Translations under genes and position numbers: made by a program
DNA from: an uncultured Fibrobacterota bacterium
Lineage (GTDB): Bacteria > Fibrobacterota > Chitinivibrionia > Chitinivibrionales > FEN-1185
Reading direction: 5' to 3'
Assembly (NCBI GenBank): GCA_963729895.1
Contig: CAVSQB010000019.1
Coordinates: 160,001 to 224,000 of the forward strand
DNA: 64,000 bases
In this document: positions 28,395 to 38,925 of the stretch, piece by piece
Layout: each line of letters begins with the position of its first letter
Position numbering within the stretch: the stretch's first letter is position 1
Notes under the pieces: generated by a model
Told to the model about the DNA's origin: nothing
The model's input: only the letters and a program-made list of their open reading frames with translations
Databases searched by the model: none

Positions 28395-29825
28395 ATGGTT
28401 GTATCAATATCATGTGCAAGGTGGCCGCGTTTCCTCGCCTTTGTCTACATCATTTTGGCGTTACCGCTTGCCGCCGCGGAAAGGCCTTCCGACAAAGTAA
28501 TTGTCAACCGGATCGAAGCCGCCCTGTTCGAAGACCCAAGGGTGAGAGCGGCGGACATATCGGTCAATTCGATGAATGGGATCGTAACCCTCGACGGCTC
28601 GGTAAAAACTCTCGCGGAATTGAAATTCGCAGATCTCGAAACCAAGAAAATAAGAGGCGTCCTGGGCGTGATAGATAAATTGTCTGTTAGACCTGTTTAC
28701 CGGCTTGACGCCGAAATTCGCCAGGATTTGAGGCGCAGATTGGTCAGGAGTTCAATTATCAAATCCGAGAACCTCGGTGTTCATGTTGAGAATGGGATTG
28801 TTTATCTTAGCGGAAAAGTGGGATCCTCTGCGGAAAGGGATCAGGCGTCCCTGCTTGTGGAAGACGTTAGGGGCGTAAAAGCAATTGATAACCGCATCGA
28901 AGTAACCTACGCGATCAAAAGGTCCGACGCGGATATTCGAAAAGACATTCTCTCAAAGTATTCCCGAGATGTGTATCTTGTCGGATTGCCGATTGGAGTT
29001 ACAGTGAAGAACGGCAATGTAACGCTCACTGGAGAAATTGGAAATGAATTCGAAAAAGAACGCGCAGAGAATGACGCTGCAAATACCTTCAACGTCGCTG
29101 GGGTAAGAAATGACCTCAAGGTTACCTGGGCGAAGGCTGAGGGCGTTCGTAATGAGGCATCCGCAATTTCGGATACGGAGTTGACCGTTGCGGTAGGTAA
29201 CGAACTGAGTTGGGACACTCGTTTCGATAATCCCAAAGATATTGTGGCACTGGTCCGGCACGGCGCAATAACGTTGACCGGTTCGGTGCCGGCATTCTCC
29301 CAAAAAATGCTTGCCGAGCAGGATGTCAAGGGAATCACCGGTGTGCAATCGGTCAACAACCTTCTTCAGGTCAAGGGCGTGGAAAGAGACGACATGGGCA
29401 TCTACATGGACATACGGGACGCGATGGAGTCGGATTATTCCTTGAACGGCGTGAGGATTACCTATTATGTGGTTGACGGCGTTGCAACCCTGAAAGGCAA
29501 CGTCAACTCCGAGTATGAAAAATCACGCATTGAAAGAGATGCCGGCGGAATCATCGGCGTAAAGGACATTGATGACTACATCACTGTCGACTGGCTGCCC
29601 AAATACTCCGACGATGCTCTCAAGAACCGCATTTTCGAACGTCTCCTGTCGAATTGGGTGACGTGGCCGTTAACGAAGAGCATAATCATAAATGTCAATG
29701 AAGGAAGAGCCATCCTCACGGGAACAACCGACACCTGGGCTCAATATAATGAAGCGCAAAGGATAACAGGGCAAACCGATGGGATCAGGTCCGTTGATAA
29801 CAGGTTGGTCGTCCACGGAAGCTAG
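28395..29825 (+). CDS. Multi-BON-domain periplasmic protein (six repeats)
   Basis: Six D..I...G.VTL.G.V...GV..V.N.L.V repeats after a signal peptide; AGGAGG RBS. Confidence 0.9.
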   Translation: MVVSISCARWPRFLAFVYIILALPLAAAERPSDKVIVNRIEAALFEDPRVRAADISVNSMNGIVTLDGSVKTLAELKFADLETKKIRGVLGVIDKLSVRPVYRLDAEIRQDLRRRLVRSSIIKSENLGVHVENGIVYLSGKVGSSAERDQASLLVEDVRGVKAIDNRIEVTYAIKRSDADIRKDILSKYSRDVYLVGLPIGVTVKNGNVTLTGEIGNEFEKERAENDAANTFNVAGVRNDLKVTWAKAEGVRNEASAISDTELTVAVGNELSWDTRFDNPKDIVALVRHGAITLTGSVPAFSQKMLAEQDVKGITGVQSVNNLLQVKGVERDDMGIYMDIRDAMESDYSLNGVRITYYVVDGVATLKGNVNSEYEKSRIERDAGGIIGVKDIDDYITVDWLPKYSDDALKNRIFERLLSNWVTWPLTKSIIINVNEGRAILTGTTDTWAQYNEAQRITGQTDGIRSVDNRLVVHGS

Positions 29826-29950
29826 GTCGCGGTTGTGTGCCGGAACCGGAGCCGTCGGAACTGGACGTGCCTGCATCCGTTGACAAAGTGCCGAGGAGAT
29901 TAGGAAGGCGGTCCCACGCGCCATACCACGCTCAGAAAGCCTACATAATT

Positions 29951-30703
29951 ATGGTTTCGTTACGCGTCGTCGTGACGGGATTGTTGATCAGCTTTACGAG
30001 AGTCGCCCTCGCCGATTCGGCCGAAAGCGATACCTTGGTAGTGCAAAACATCGCCAGGGCCTACGGCTCCGAGACGTTCGGCAATATCGCCAAGATCCGA
30101 TTCACCTTCAACCTGCAGCGTGACAAGCTGAGAGTACAACGATCGTGGGAATGGGAGCCCAAGCCCGACCGTGTGACCTATGTCAACCCGCCCGATCAAT
30201 CGCAGCCCGTTTCCTACCGGCGGGCGGATCTGCCGCCTCCGGATACCGGGCGCCTTCGCGGTATCGACAAACTATTTGTCAATGACCAGTACTGGCTTTT
30301 GTTTCCCCTGCACCTTGCCTGGGACAAGGGAATACAGATTGCGGTGGACGAACTCAAAGCCCTGCCCATCGGGTACGGATTCTGCAGGCGCGTGACCATA
30401 ACCTATCCCACGTCCGGGGGATATACTCCTGGCGACATGTACCGCATGTATATAGATGAACAATATCATATCGTGGAATGGGAATACCACAAGGGCGATT
30501 CCGTCTCCACGACCATCGCCACACGGTGGCAGAAACACCGGTGGGCGGGCCCGCTCCTGATATCCCTGGAACGGCCCGGCCCGGACAAGAGCTTCCACAT
30601 CTGGTTTACCCGTACCGCCGTAATGCTCAGGGACATCGACATTATCGCCAGCGACACGGTGATTGAGGTAAAGAGGCTTCCGCTCTGGTATCGCGCGCAG
30701 TAG
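29951..30703 (+). CDS. Hypothetical secreted protein
   Basis: Signal peptide; FVNDQYWLLFP and GGYTPGD look like conserved motifs. Confidence 0.65.
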   Translation: MVSLRVVVTGLLISFTRVALADSAESDTLVVQNIARAYGSETFGNIAKIRFTFNLQRDKLRVQRSWEWEPKPDRVTYVNPPDQSQPVSYRRADLPPPDTGRLRGIDKLFVNDQYWLLFPLHLAWDKGIQIAVDELKALPIGYGFCRRVTITYPTSGGYTPGDMYRMYIDEQYHIVEWEYHKGDSVSTTIATRWQKHRWAGPLLISLERPGPDKSFHIWFTRTAVMLRDIDIIASDTVIEVKRLPLWYRAQ

Positions 30704-30757
30704 AAAACGGTGGAGCCATGAATTACGTTAACCTGCAAATTTAATGAAAGGCATGAA

Positions 30758-31213
30758 ATGACCAAGATCATTTTTTTGTCTCTATTGATGACCGTAGTGA
30801 TTCTTGACGGATGCTCTGTGCATTCGCTCAGGCACAGATTACGGATGCGGGCCCAGAGCATAGCCGCCGAAGACGACACTGCCGCTTCTCAGCGGGAGCG
30901 ATTTTTCAATGTATGTTTTCCCGCTTCAGAGCAATCGGAAATTCAGGACGATTCCTGTTTTTCCATCAGCCGAAACACCCAGTGGTATTACAGCCACCCG
31001 TATCCGCCGCACTATGCTGTGTTCCATTACCGCCAATTCGGCACTTGCCCACCGTATACATATTATACGCCGGATTGCGATTGTTGCAAGCGCGCAGGGC
31101 AGCAGAACAACTCCTCGGTATCCTCGCAAAAAACCGAGGAGGAACCAATCCATTCTTCGATAATCACAGACTCGGGAATGGCACGGACGGGCAATGGCTC
31201 CGGCAAAAATTGA
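30758..31213 (+). CDS. Hypothetical lipoprotein
   Basis: Lipobox-like LDGC; co-oriented with the operon. Confidence 0.45.
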   Translation: MTKIIFLSLLMTVVILDGCSVHSLRHRLRMRAQSIAAEDDTAASQRERFFNVCFPASEQSEIQDDSCFSISRNTQWYYSHPYPPHYAVFHYRQFGTCPPYTYYTPDCDCCKRAGQQNNSSVSSQKTEEEPIHSSIITDSGMARTGNGSGKN

Positions 31214-31312
31214 AGAGACGAGGGAACAGCAACTGAACGATACAAACGGCCAGCACCCCGGGCCATGGCCGAGCGATACAACATCGCACACATTACAAAG
31301 GAGGAACTCGAA

Positions 31313-31912
31313 ATGAAATATACACGCCGTTTGCAATCTCTGGCGATGGCTCTCACGCTGGGCATGATTTCGGGATGCGCATGGTATCCCATTGCCAATA
31401 AATATGTCCACGAGGCGGCACCCGGCCTCACAGTACCGATGGTGCAGGCTGATGCAAAGAAATACACCGGCGCCATTGTCATTTGGGGAGGCATTGTGCT
31501 AAACGTTACCAACGATTCTTTGGGAAGCACCCTCTTTGTAATGGAAACCCCGCTTGACGACGAGGGATATCCCAGCAGTGCCAATCTTCCCCGTGGCAGG
31601 TTCATTGCGCACACTCCGCTTTTTCTGGATCCCGAAATATACCGGAAAGGCCGCAGGGTGACGCTTGCAGGAGAAATTACCGGCGTTTCCACCCGTAAGC
31701 TCGGGGAGGGAACGTATGCATACCCGATCCTTAAGGTCAAGGAACTGCGCTACTGGCAATATTATTCCAATTACTATTCCCCCTATGGGCCCTATTACGA
31801 CCCGTATAACGGGCCATGGTGGTACGACGACTTTGGCGTGCGTTATTACTTTGGTTTTGACGAACGTGGCCATTATTACAAACACCGTGGGTACTACGAG
31901 CACAGGCGGTAG
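31313..31912 (+). CDS. Slp-family outer membrane lipoprotein
   Basis: Lipobox ISGC; WGGIV, GRFIA, FLDPEIY..GR.VT..G, YAYP. Confidence 0.85.
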   Translation: MKYTRRLQSLAMALTLGMISGCAWYPIANKYVHEAAPGLTVPMVQADAKKYTGAIVIWGGIVLNVTNDSLGSTLFVMETPLDDEGYPSSANLPRGRFIAHTPLFLDPEIYRKGRRVTLAGEITGVSTRKLGEGTYAYPILKVKELRYWQYYSNYYSPYGPYYDPYNGPWWYDDFGVRYYFGFDERGHYYKHRGYYEHRR

Positions 31913-31939
31913 GGTGAAACATTTGCTCTTTGTGCAAGA

Positions 31940-33523
31940 ATGGAGATGCCCGCGATGAAAATCGGTCATTTCAGCATATTCACAACTGCCCTTATACTGG
32001 CGTGTGCCCCGGCGTTCGCTGAACACGACATGTCGTCGGCCGCCAAGGTGTCTTCGACGCGAAAGGGTTCCGGTGGGGGCGGATCTTCCGAGGCGCTTAC
32101 AACCGAAGTTCACGAAGCGGAGACGCTCAGCACTACGCATCACAGTGTATATGTCAACAGCAAAGAGCTGCACTACACTGCAACGGCAGGACGCATTTGC
32201 GTTGGCGATTCGGCCGATCAGGGAGTGGCGGTCATGTTTTTCACGGCATACACGGTTGAGCCCGCCCCCGAGGCAAGGCGAAGGCCCCTCACCTTTGCCT
32301 TCAATGGGGGGCCAGGCGCATCCTCCATGTGGCTACACCTTGCCGTTGCAGGACCAAGGCGGGCACTCTTTGGAGACGCCGGCACCACGCTTCCAGTCGT
32401 TGACACCTTGGTTGACAACGAATACACGTGGCTCCCATTTACCGACCTTGTGTTCGTAGACCCGGTGGGAACGGGTTACAGCAGGGCCGCGCCCCAGACA
32501 AGTGCCGACAAATTCTTCACTGTGGATGGCGATATCAAAATAGCGGCCCAGTTTGTTCGTGCGTATTTGAGCAAATACAAACGTTGGACCTCGCCAAAGT
32601 TCATTGCTGGCGAAAGTTACGGCACGGTGCGGGCCGTGGGGCTTACCGGATACCTGCAAGACGCGATGAGCATGGTAGTTGACGGCACCATTCTAATCTC
32701 TTCTGCGCTTGATTTCGGACTCATTTCCTTTCGCATGGGAAATGATCTCCCCTACGCATTGGCCTTGCCCTCCTATGCCGCCACCGCCTGGTATCATGGA
32801 AAACTTGCACCAGCAAAGATGAAGACCGACGTTGCCGCCCTAACCGCTTCGGCAGAACAGTGGGCACGCACGAGGTATCTTTTGGCATTAACCCGAGGCG
32901 CAACGCTTTCCGCGTCCGGTCGGAATGAAATCATCGATTCGTTGGCCGCTTACAGCGGGCTGCCACAGACTTTCATTCGCGATCACGACATGCGCATCGA
33001 TCGGTTTGCTTTTTTGCGCCACTTGCTTTGGGACCAGGACAGCATTGTCGGAATTCTGGACGGCCGGACCAGTTCCCTCAACGCGTCCCGCGGTCAGCCA
33101 AATACCTACTCCGATCCCTCGATGTTCGTTATCGCAGGGCCGCTCACTGCGCTGATCAACGACTATATCCGCCGCGATCTCGCCTATTCGACTCAACTTG
33201 AGTATGTGTATCTATCCGACGAAGTCAATCGAAAATGGCAATGGTCCAGTCCTTCTTCGCAGGGGTATCTTAGCATGACCACCGCTCTGCGAGACGCCAT
33301 GAGCGCAAACGCTCGGCTTCGGGTATTCGCGGCCATGGGGTATTACGATTTAACGACGCCGTTTTCCTCCCAAAGCTATGTGTTTGAGCATTTGCGTGCC
33401 GATAGCACTCTGCTTCACCGTATCGCCTGCAAATGCTACCCTGCCGGCCATCAGATCTATACCGATCCGAAGTCTTTGAAGCAGCTTACCGCTGACGTGG
33501 AAGCATTTATGGGGAACAGGTAG
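31940..33523 (+). CDS. Peptidase S10 serine carboxypeptidase
   Basis: FNGGPGASS, DPVGTGYS, GESYG, GYYDLTTP, AGH. Confidence 0.9.
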   Translation: MEMPAMKIGHFSIFTTALILACAPAFAEHDMSSAAKVSSTRKGSGGGGSSEALTTEVHEAETLSTTHHSVYVNSKELHYTATAGRICVGDSADQGVAVMFFTAYTVEPAPEARRRPLTFAFNGGPGASSMWLHLAVAGPRRALFGDAGTTLPVVDTLVDNEYTWLPFTDLVFVDPVGTGYSRAAPQTSADKFFTVDGDIKIAAQFVRAYLSKYKRWTSPKFIAGESYGTVRAVGLTGYLQDAMSMVVDGTILISSALDFGLISFRMGNDLPYALALPSYAATAWYHGKLAPAKMKTDVAALTASAEQWARTRYLLALTRGATLSASGRNEIIDSLAAYSGLPQTFIRDHDMRIDRFAFLRHLLWDQDSIVGILDGRTSSLNASRGQPNTYSDPSMFVIAGPLTALINDYIRRDLAYSTQLEYVYLSDEVNRKWQWSSPSSQGYLSMTTALRDAMSANARLRVFAAMGYYDLTTPFSSQSYVFEHLRADSTLLHRIACKCYPAGHQIYTDPKSLKQLTADVEAFMGNR

Positions 33524-33650
33524 GTAGGCTTTCTTGCGCAGGCATTCCGACGCTTGCCGCCAAACCCCTACTAAAAGAGGGGGGCGCTGAGCAAAATATC
33601 GCCCTGCGCCCCGCAATCCTCCTTCTTTCTCTCCGCCGCTGCTTTGACGG

Positions 33651-34232
33651 TCACTGAGCCTGACTCACCGATGGGGCGCTTCCCTCCAACACGGTAAACT
33701 CATCGCGTCGGTTTTTCGCGTGGCAGGCCTCATCCGTGCAACCCGTGACAGCCAAACGTTCCTTTCCGTACGACGTAACCTCCAGTTGATTAGAGGCAAC
33801 ACCGAGATTTACCAGGAAATCCTTTGCCGCCTGTGCGCGCCGCTGGCCGAGGCCGATGTTGTATTCGGCCGACCCGCGCTCGTCGCAGTTGCCGGCAACA
33901 AGAACGCGCAAAGATCCATGTTCCATCATAAATTTACTGATGATCCCGAGCTGTTTCTCCCCTTCCGGCTTGATCCCCGACTTGTTGAAGTCGAAATAGA
34001 CGTTCTGCAGGGCTTCGCGCGCCTGACGAAGAAGTTCCCCTTGCAGGTCGGCCTCCTTGAAAGTAGACGCTCCCGTCGTGTCAACTCTTGCCGGCCGGGG
34101 AGCGGCAACCGCCGGGGCCGGCTCTTGCATGGGCTCCGGCACCTTTGTCAGTTTCTTCTGACATCCGACCGCCATCGACCCCGCGATGAGGGCGGCCGAA
34201 ATGTAGACAAGCAATCTCATACTCGTTTTCAT
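33651..34232 (-). CDS. pal: Peptidoglycan-associated lipoprotein (OmpA-like domain)
   Basis: Lipobox AVGC; YFDFNKS, GNCDERGSAEYNIGLGQRRA, SYGKE, KNRR. Confidence 0.85.
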   Translation of the reverse strand: MKTSMRLLVYISAALIAGSMAVGCQKKLTKVPEPMQEPAPAVAAPRPARVDTTGASTFKEADLQGELLRQAREALQNVYFDFNKSGIKPEGEKQLGIISKFMMEHGSLRVLVAGNCDERGSAEYNIGLGQRRAQAAKDFLVNLGVASNQLEVTSYGKERLAVTGCTDEACHAKNRRDEFTVLEGSAPSVSQAQ

Positions 34233-34269
34233 GAATGCCTCCTTCCAAAAGTGTAGCACTACTCGCGAC

Positions 34270-35847
34270 CTACGTGAGCGTAAATGCTATGAAGAATGTG
34301 GTTTCCCCACGCGCGACGAGAAGCATTATGGAATCGCCCTTCTTGAGGCCCTTTGCGACGGCGTCGAACTCCTTGACAGTCGTCACCGTCTGGAAATCGC
34401 TGTTTTTGACCTTCACTTGTTCGATGACGTCACCTTCCTTCAGGCCTGCTCGGGCATCCGCGAGCATCTGATCCACCGTTTCGATAACCACACCCCGGGT
34501 TTTTTCATCAATACCGTATTTCTTTCTGAGTTCGACCGTAATATTTGCAACCGAGAATCCGAGCCGCTTTTCCTTTTCGGGTGAGGCCGCTTCCTCCGCT
34601 TTCTTGGACTCGGGACGGCTCAGTGCGGCAATTTCCTTTTCGTTGCGCTCCCGCGGTGTGATAGAAAGCGTCTGCTCCTTGCCGTTGCGGATAATCACCA
34701 CCGGCACGGCCTTGTCCGGTGAAAGGTCGGCCACGGTGTTGCGGAGCTGGTTCGGATTATCGACGTCTTTTCCCCCTACAGAAACGATAACATCCCCGCG
34801 CCTGATGCCCGCCTTGTCGGCCGGCTGGCCTTTGTAAACATCGGCAACAAGAACGCCTTTTCGCTCCTTAAGCCCCAATGCCTCCCGTGTTGCCTCGTTG
34901 ATGTTCTGTATCGAAATACCGATCCAACCGCGCGTGACCTTTCCTTTATGAATAAGATCATCCATCACCTTTTGCGCCATGTTGATCGGAATGGCGAACC
35001 CGATTCCCATGAATCCGCCGGTCTCGGTGTAGATCATCGTATTGATGCCGATCACCTTTCCGTCTATATTGACAAGAGCGCCTCCTGAATTTCCCGGGTT
35101 GATCGCCGCATCGGTCTGGATGTAGCTCTGATACAGGTTCGGGTTGCCCACCTCGCGCCCAAGGGCAGACACGATGCCCAGCGTCACCGTTGACGTGAGA
35201 CTGAAAGGATTCCCTATGGCAAGCGCCCAATCTCCGGGCCGAAGTTGCGTGGCGTCGCCAAGCTCGGCAATCGGCAAATGGTTCACTTTTTCTTTGATCT
35301 TGATGACCGCCACGTCCGACAGCGAATCCGTTCCAATGATTTTTGCGTCAAAGCTTCGCTCGTCGGAAAGTTTCACATTGATCTCGTTTGCCCCGGAAAC
35401 AACGTGGTAATTTGTGAGGATGTACCCGTCTTCCGAGACGATGACGCCCGAGCCAAGGGCTTGCTGCCGGAATTCGCGTTTTTGAACAGGGGGTTTGCCT
35501 CTATTCCCTCGCTGTTGCGGCTGGCCGAAAAAGAATTGGAATGGATTGTCCATGAAACTGTCGCTGAAGAAATTGTAAAAAGGGTTTTGGCTGTAGGTTT
35601 CGGTGTCGATTTTGGTGAGAATTACCGACACGACACTCGGGGTAATTTTTGCGGCGATATCCGCGAATACCGTCCTGAAGTTATCAGATGCAATGGCCTT
35701 TGAAATAGGTGCTACCGCTGCAGAAGCGGAAGCAGGTGGAGCCGAAGACGCATTCGATTCGGAAGACGAACACGAAATTGACGTATACGCCGAGACAACC
35801 AACATCATGGTAACAGTCACACTTGTAACTCGCGAACGACGTCTCAT
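34270..35847 (-). CDS. Do/DegQ family serine endoprotease with two PDZ domains
   Basis: LGSGVI, TNYHVV, IQTDAAINPGNSGG. Confidence 0.95.
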   Translation of the reverse strand: MRRRSRVTSVTVTMMLVVSAYTSISCSSSESNASSAPPASASAAVAPISKAIASDNFRTVFADIAAKITPSVVSVILTKIDTETYSQNPFYNFFSDSFMDNPFQFFFGQPQQRGNRGKPPVQKREFRQQALGSGVIVSEDGYILTNYHVVSGANEINVKLSDERSFDAKIIGTDSLSDVAVIKIKEKVNHLPIAELGDATQLRPGDWALAIGNPFSLTSTVTLGIVSALGREVGNPNLYQSYIQTDAAINPGNSGGALVNIDGKVIGINTMIYTETGGFMGIGFAIPINMAQKVMDDLIHKGKVTRGWIGISIQNINEATREALGLKERKGVLVADVYKGQPADKAGIRRGDVIVSVGGKDVDNPNQLRNTVADLSPDKAVPVVIIRNGKEQTLSITPRERNEKEIAALSRPESKKAEEAASPEKEKRLGFSVANITVELRKKYGIDEKTRGVVIETVDQMLADARAGLKEGDVIEQVKVKNSDFQTVTTVKEFDAVAKGLKKGDSIMLLVARGETTFFIAFTLT

Positions 35848-35978
35848 GATTTGTTCCTTTCGTTTGAAGAGGAATAAGGCCGGCCCATCGTTGGGACATT
35901 TTGGCCAAAGTTCAGGTTGGCCTGCCTTTGACTAGCCGCACGATTTCGGCCCTTTTACAATTCGCATCTTAGAAATAC

Positions 35979-35994
35979 CGCAACAAACGTACCA
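35979..35994 (-). promoter_or_regulatory. sigma54 -24/-12 promoter (degQ-pal)
   Basis: TGGTAC-GTTTG-TTGCG. Confidence 0.6.
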
Positions 35995-36189
35995 ATGCTT
36001 CGGTTGAAGCATTGCCTCAGCATCTTGAACAGCCCTTAAGATGTTTCGTACATTCCGGCTGTTGTGGCCTCCTAATTTTTTTCCGATTTTCAAAAATCTT
36101 CCTTTCTTTTCTTAAAATTAACAAAACACTATTAGATTGCGGTCGGTAAAGAGTGATACCGCGGCAGCCTGTTGGAAAATGCTGGATGA

Positions 36190-36205
36190 TGGTACATCCT
36201 TTGCT
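36190..36205 (+). promoter_or_regulatory. sigma54 -24/-12 promoter (TolC/MacAB-like operon)
   Basis: TGGTAC-ATCCT-TTGCT. Confidence 0.65.
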
Positions 36206-36315
36206 TTACTGGTATTCAAATCCTTAATAAGAACAGCCGAAACCGTTCATGTCCTTTGAACCAGGTAAAGAAATGGTTATGCTGATCTTTTACTCCATGG
36301 TCGTGACCGCCCTAG

Positions 36316-37627
36316 CAGGGTGTTGAAAAAGTCTCCCTTTTGTAAACATTTATCCTTATATTATAGGGGAACCCCAACCAAGGAGTATTGATGAGAGGTT
36401 CCCAGCCAGCCCAAGGCGGTATGTTCAGCTTCGTTTCTCCGGATTCCCGAGTGCCGGCAACACACCCGCTTCGTCGTGTCAAACAGTTTACGGACATAGC
36501 GCTGCGCCGCCTTTCTCGTGACTTTGAGGCGATGTACAGCCGGATGGGACGCCCTTCGATACCGCCGGAATGGCTTTTGAAAGCACAGATATTGATGGCT
36601 TTGTTTTCGATACGGTCGGACCGGTTGTTTTGCGAGATGCTGGACTATAACATTCTGTTCCGATGGTTTCTTGACATGGATCTGGATGCGGCATCGTTTG
36701 ATCATAGTGTGTTTTCGAAGAACCGAGATCGACTTATGGAACAGGAGATTGCGCACCGGCTGATGCAGGAAATCGTGCGTCTTGCTCGTTCCGAAGAGTT
36801 GTTGTCCGATGAGCATTTCACGGTTGACGGCACGTTGATTGAAGCCTGGGCATCGATGAAGAGCTTCAAGCGAAAAGACGCGGAATCGGCGAACAAGACT
36901 GACGATGATCGGAGTAATCCGTCGGTTGATTTCCACCATGAGAAGCGAAGCAATGAGACACATCAGAGTTCGACCGATCCAGAGGCGCGGTTGGCTCGGA
37001 AGAACAAGAGAACGGGAGCGCAGCTGGCGTATTCCGGTCACGTGCTGATGGAAAACCGAAATGGGTTGTGTGTTGATATCGCCATTGCGCCAGCGACGGG
37101 GACAGCGGAACGGGATATGGCGCTTGAGCTGATAAAGCATGAACGCAGGCGCGGAAAACGCCGGATGAAGACGGTGGGTGCAGACAAAGGGTATCATGCA
37201 ACCGAATTTATCAAGAGCCTGCGACGCCTGCACGTGAAGCCTCACATTGCCGAGAAGGCCAACACTTCGCTTAAAGGGTTGGATGGAAGAACGACTCGGC
37301 ATAAGGGATACAGCGTAAGTCAAAGGAAACGAAAACGGGTTGAAGAGATATTTGGGTGGATCAAGAGCGTCGGTGGCCTGCGGAAAACTCGGGTAAGAGG
37401 AATACGAATCAACCAGACTGTTGCCTACGTGGTTGCCGCAGCGTACAACTTGATACGCATGGTTAAGTTGATGCCGCAAACGGTGGGGGCAGCATGAGAA
37501 TGGCCTGGGAATCCGGGGAAATGCCTCGGAACGAGGCAGGTAAAACCTCTCTGACATATGTAAAGTTGAAGTTAGGTTCATAAAAAATCAACAAGAGCGC
37601 TTCTGTTAGGACTATTTCAACAACCTG
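36316..37627 (+). mobile_element. IS5-family insertion sequence, copy 2 (1312 bp)
   Basis: IRs CAGGGTGTTGAAAAAGTC / GACTATTTCAACAACCTG; CTAG TSD at 36312-36315 and 37628-37631. Confidence 0.96.
36388..37497 (+). CDS. IS5-family transposase
   Basis: Protein identical to copy 3. Confidence 0.94.
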   Translation: MMRGSQPAQGGMFSFVSPDSRVPATHPLRRVKQFTDIALRRLSRDFEAMYSRMGRPSIPPEWLLKAQILMALFSIRSDRLFCEMLDYNILFRWFLDMDLDAASFDHSVFSKNRDRLMEQEIAHRLMQEIVRLARSEELLSDEHFTVDGTLIEAWASMKSFKRKDAESANKTDDDRSNPSVDFHHEKRSNETHQSSTDPEARLARKNKRTGAQLAYSGHVLMENRNGLCVDIAIAPATGTAERDMALELIKHERRRGKRRMKTVGADKGYHATEFIKSLRRLHVKPHIAEKANTSLKGLDGRTTRHKGYSVSQRKRKRVEEIFGWIKSVGGLRKTRVRGIRINQTVAYVVAAAYNLIRMVKLMPQTVGAA

Positions 37628-38925
37628 CTAGGCCAGGGCCCGGTCTTTACTCGCGACACCACTTTTTCCCTTCGCCAGTGTATCGACGTCGCTTTGCGAA
37701 ATAATACGGATGTTCTTAAGGCGGGGTATAATCGAACCGTGGCGAGCGCCGATCTGCAGGCAGGCGTAAGTAAGACCCTGCCGAGGCTTTCCCTCTCGTC
37801 GGATTACTCCCGCGAAGGCCCTGCTCAGCAATTCGTGTTTAGTCCTATTGCCGGCCCTTCGCTTCTCGCATCGGGAGCATCAAACTACTACTCAACGGGG
37901 ATCTCCCTGAGCCAGAGCCTCATCGCGCCTGCCGATTGGGCAGGAATCGGTCAATCGGCGTATGCCCGCCGTGCCGTGATCGAGAACTCAAAGGAAACAA
38001 CTTTGGGTACGGCAGAGAGTGTCATCGAAGCATATTACAATCAGGTTAAATTGACAAAAGCGCTTGACGTTACGCAAAGCGCGGTCCGTCAGAACGAGGA
38101 ACAGACCGATGTGTCGAGAGCCATGCTCTCGAACGGCTCCCTTGCCAGGGCCGACATGCTCAAAGCCGAAGTTGCGCTGATGCAGAGCAATTCCGACCAG
38201 GTAACAGCCGAAAACAACCTGATGTCCGGCGCCCGGTCGCTGGCGCTTCTCATTGGAATTTCCGGCATCGTTTTAGTGGATACCGCAATTGGCTTTCCAG
38301 ATACCCTTACGCCTTTCCCCTCGCAAGACTCACTGGTACAAGAAGCTCTCGCCGCGAATCCGGGGTATCGGTCAGCGTGCTATACGCTGTTTTCGCAAAG
38401 GTCCGCGCTCCTGTCGTCGTGGTTTGCCGTGCTTCCCACGTTTGCATTTACTTCCAGTTACTCTTATGTGGATTCGGTTCAATTCTCAAGTGTAGGCTCA
38501 TGGGCAAACAATAACGCGTGGAGCCTGGGCGTCCAGTTGAACTGGAACATTCTCGACGGAACGTTTACGGAAGCGCAGATCCGGCGCGCAAAGGCTCAGG
38601 TACGGTCGGCCGAGGCGGACCTTGCAAACGCCCGGCGCACCACGGAAAACAATGTCCGAGTCGCCCTTGCCTCGGTGCTTGCGGCGCGGAAAAACCTTTC
38701 GATCGTCGTGCCCATACTTTCCGAAGCAAAAGAGAGCTACCTCCTTACCAAGGAGAAATTCAAGCTTGGAGCGGCATCAACGCTCGATCTGCTGTCGAGC
38801 CAGGTCACCTTCAATCAATCGTCGCAACAGGCAACAAATGCGATCTGCGATTATGACATCGCCCTGGCGCGTTTGAATCTGGCTGTTGGAAGATTGCAGT
38901 CGGTTCCATAACCCGGGAGGCACTC

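Larger units (their letters stand above)
36273..38911 (+). pseudogene. TolC-family outer membrane efflux protein, signal peptide interrupted by IS5
   Basis: Removing the IS gives in-frame MVMLIFYSMVVTALGQGPVFTRDTTFSLRQCIDVALRNN...; two OEP repeats downstream. Confidence 0.85.
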
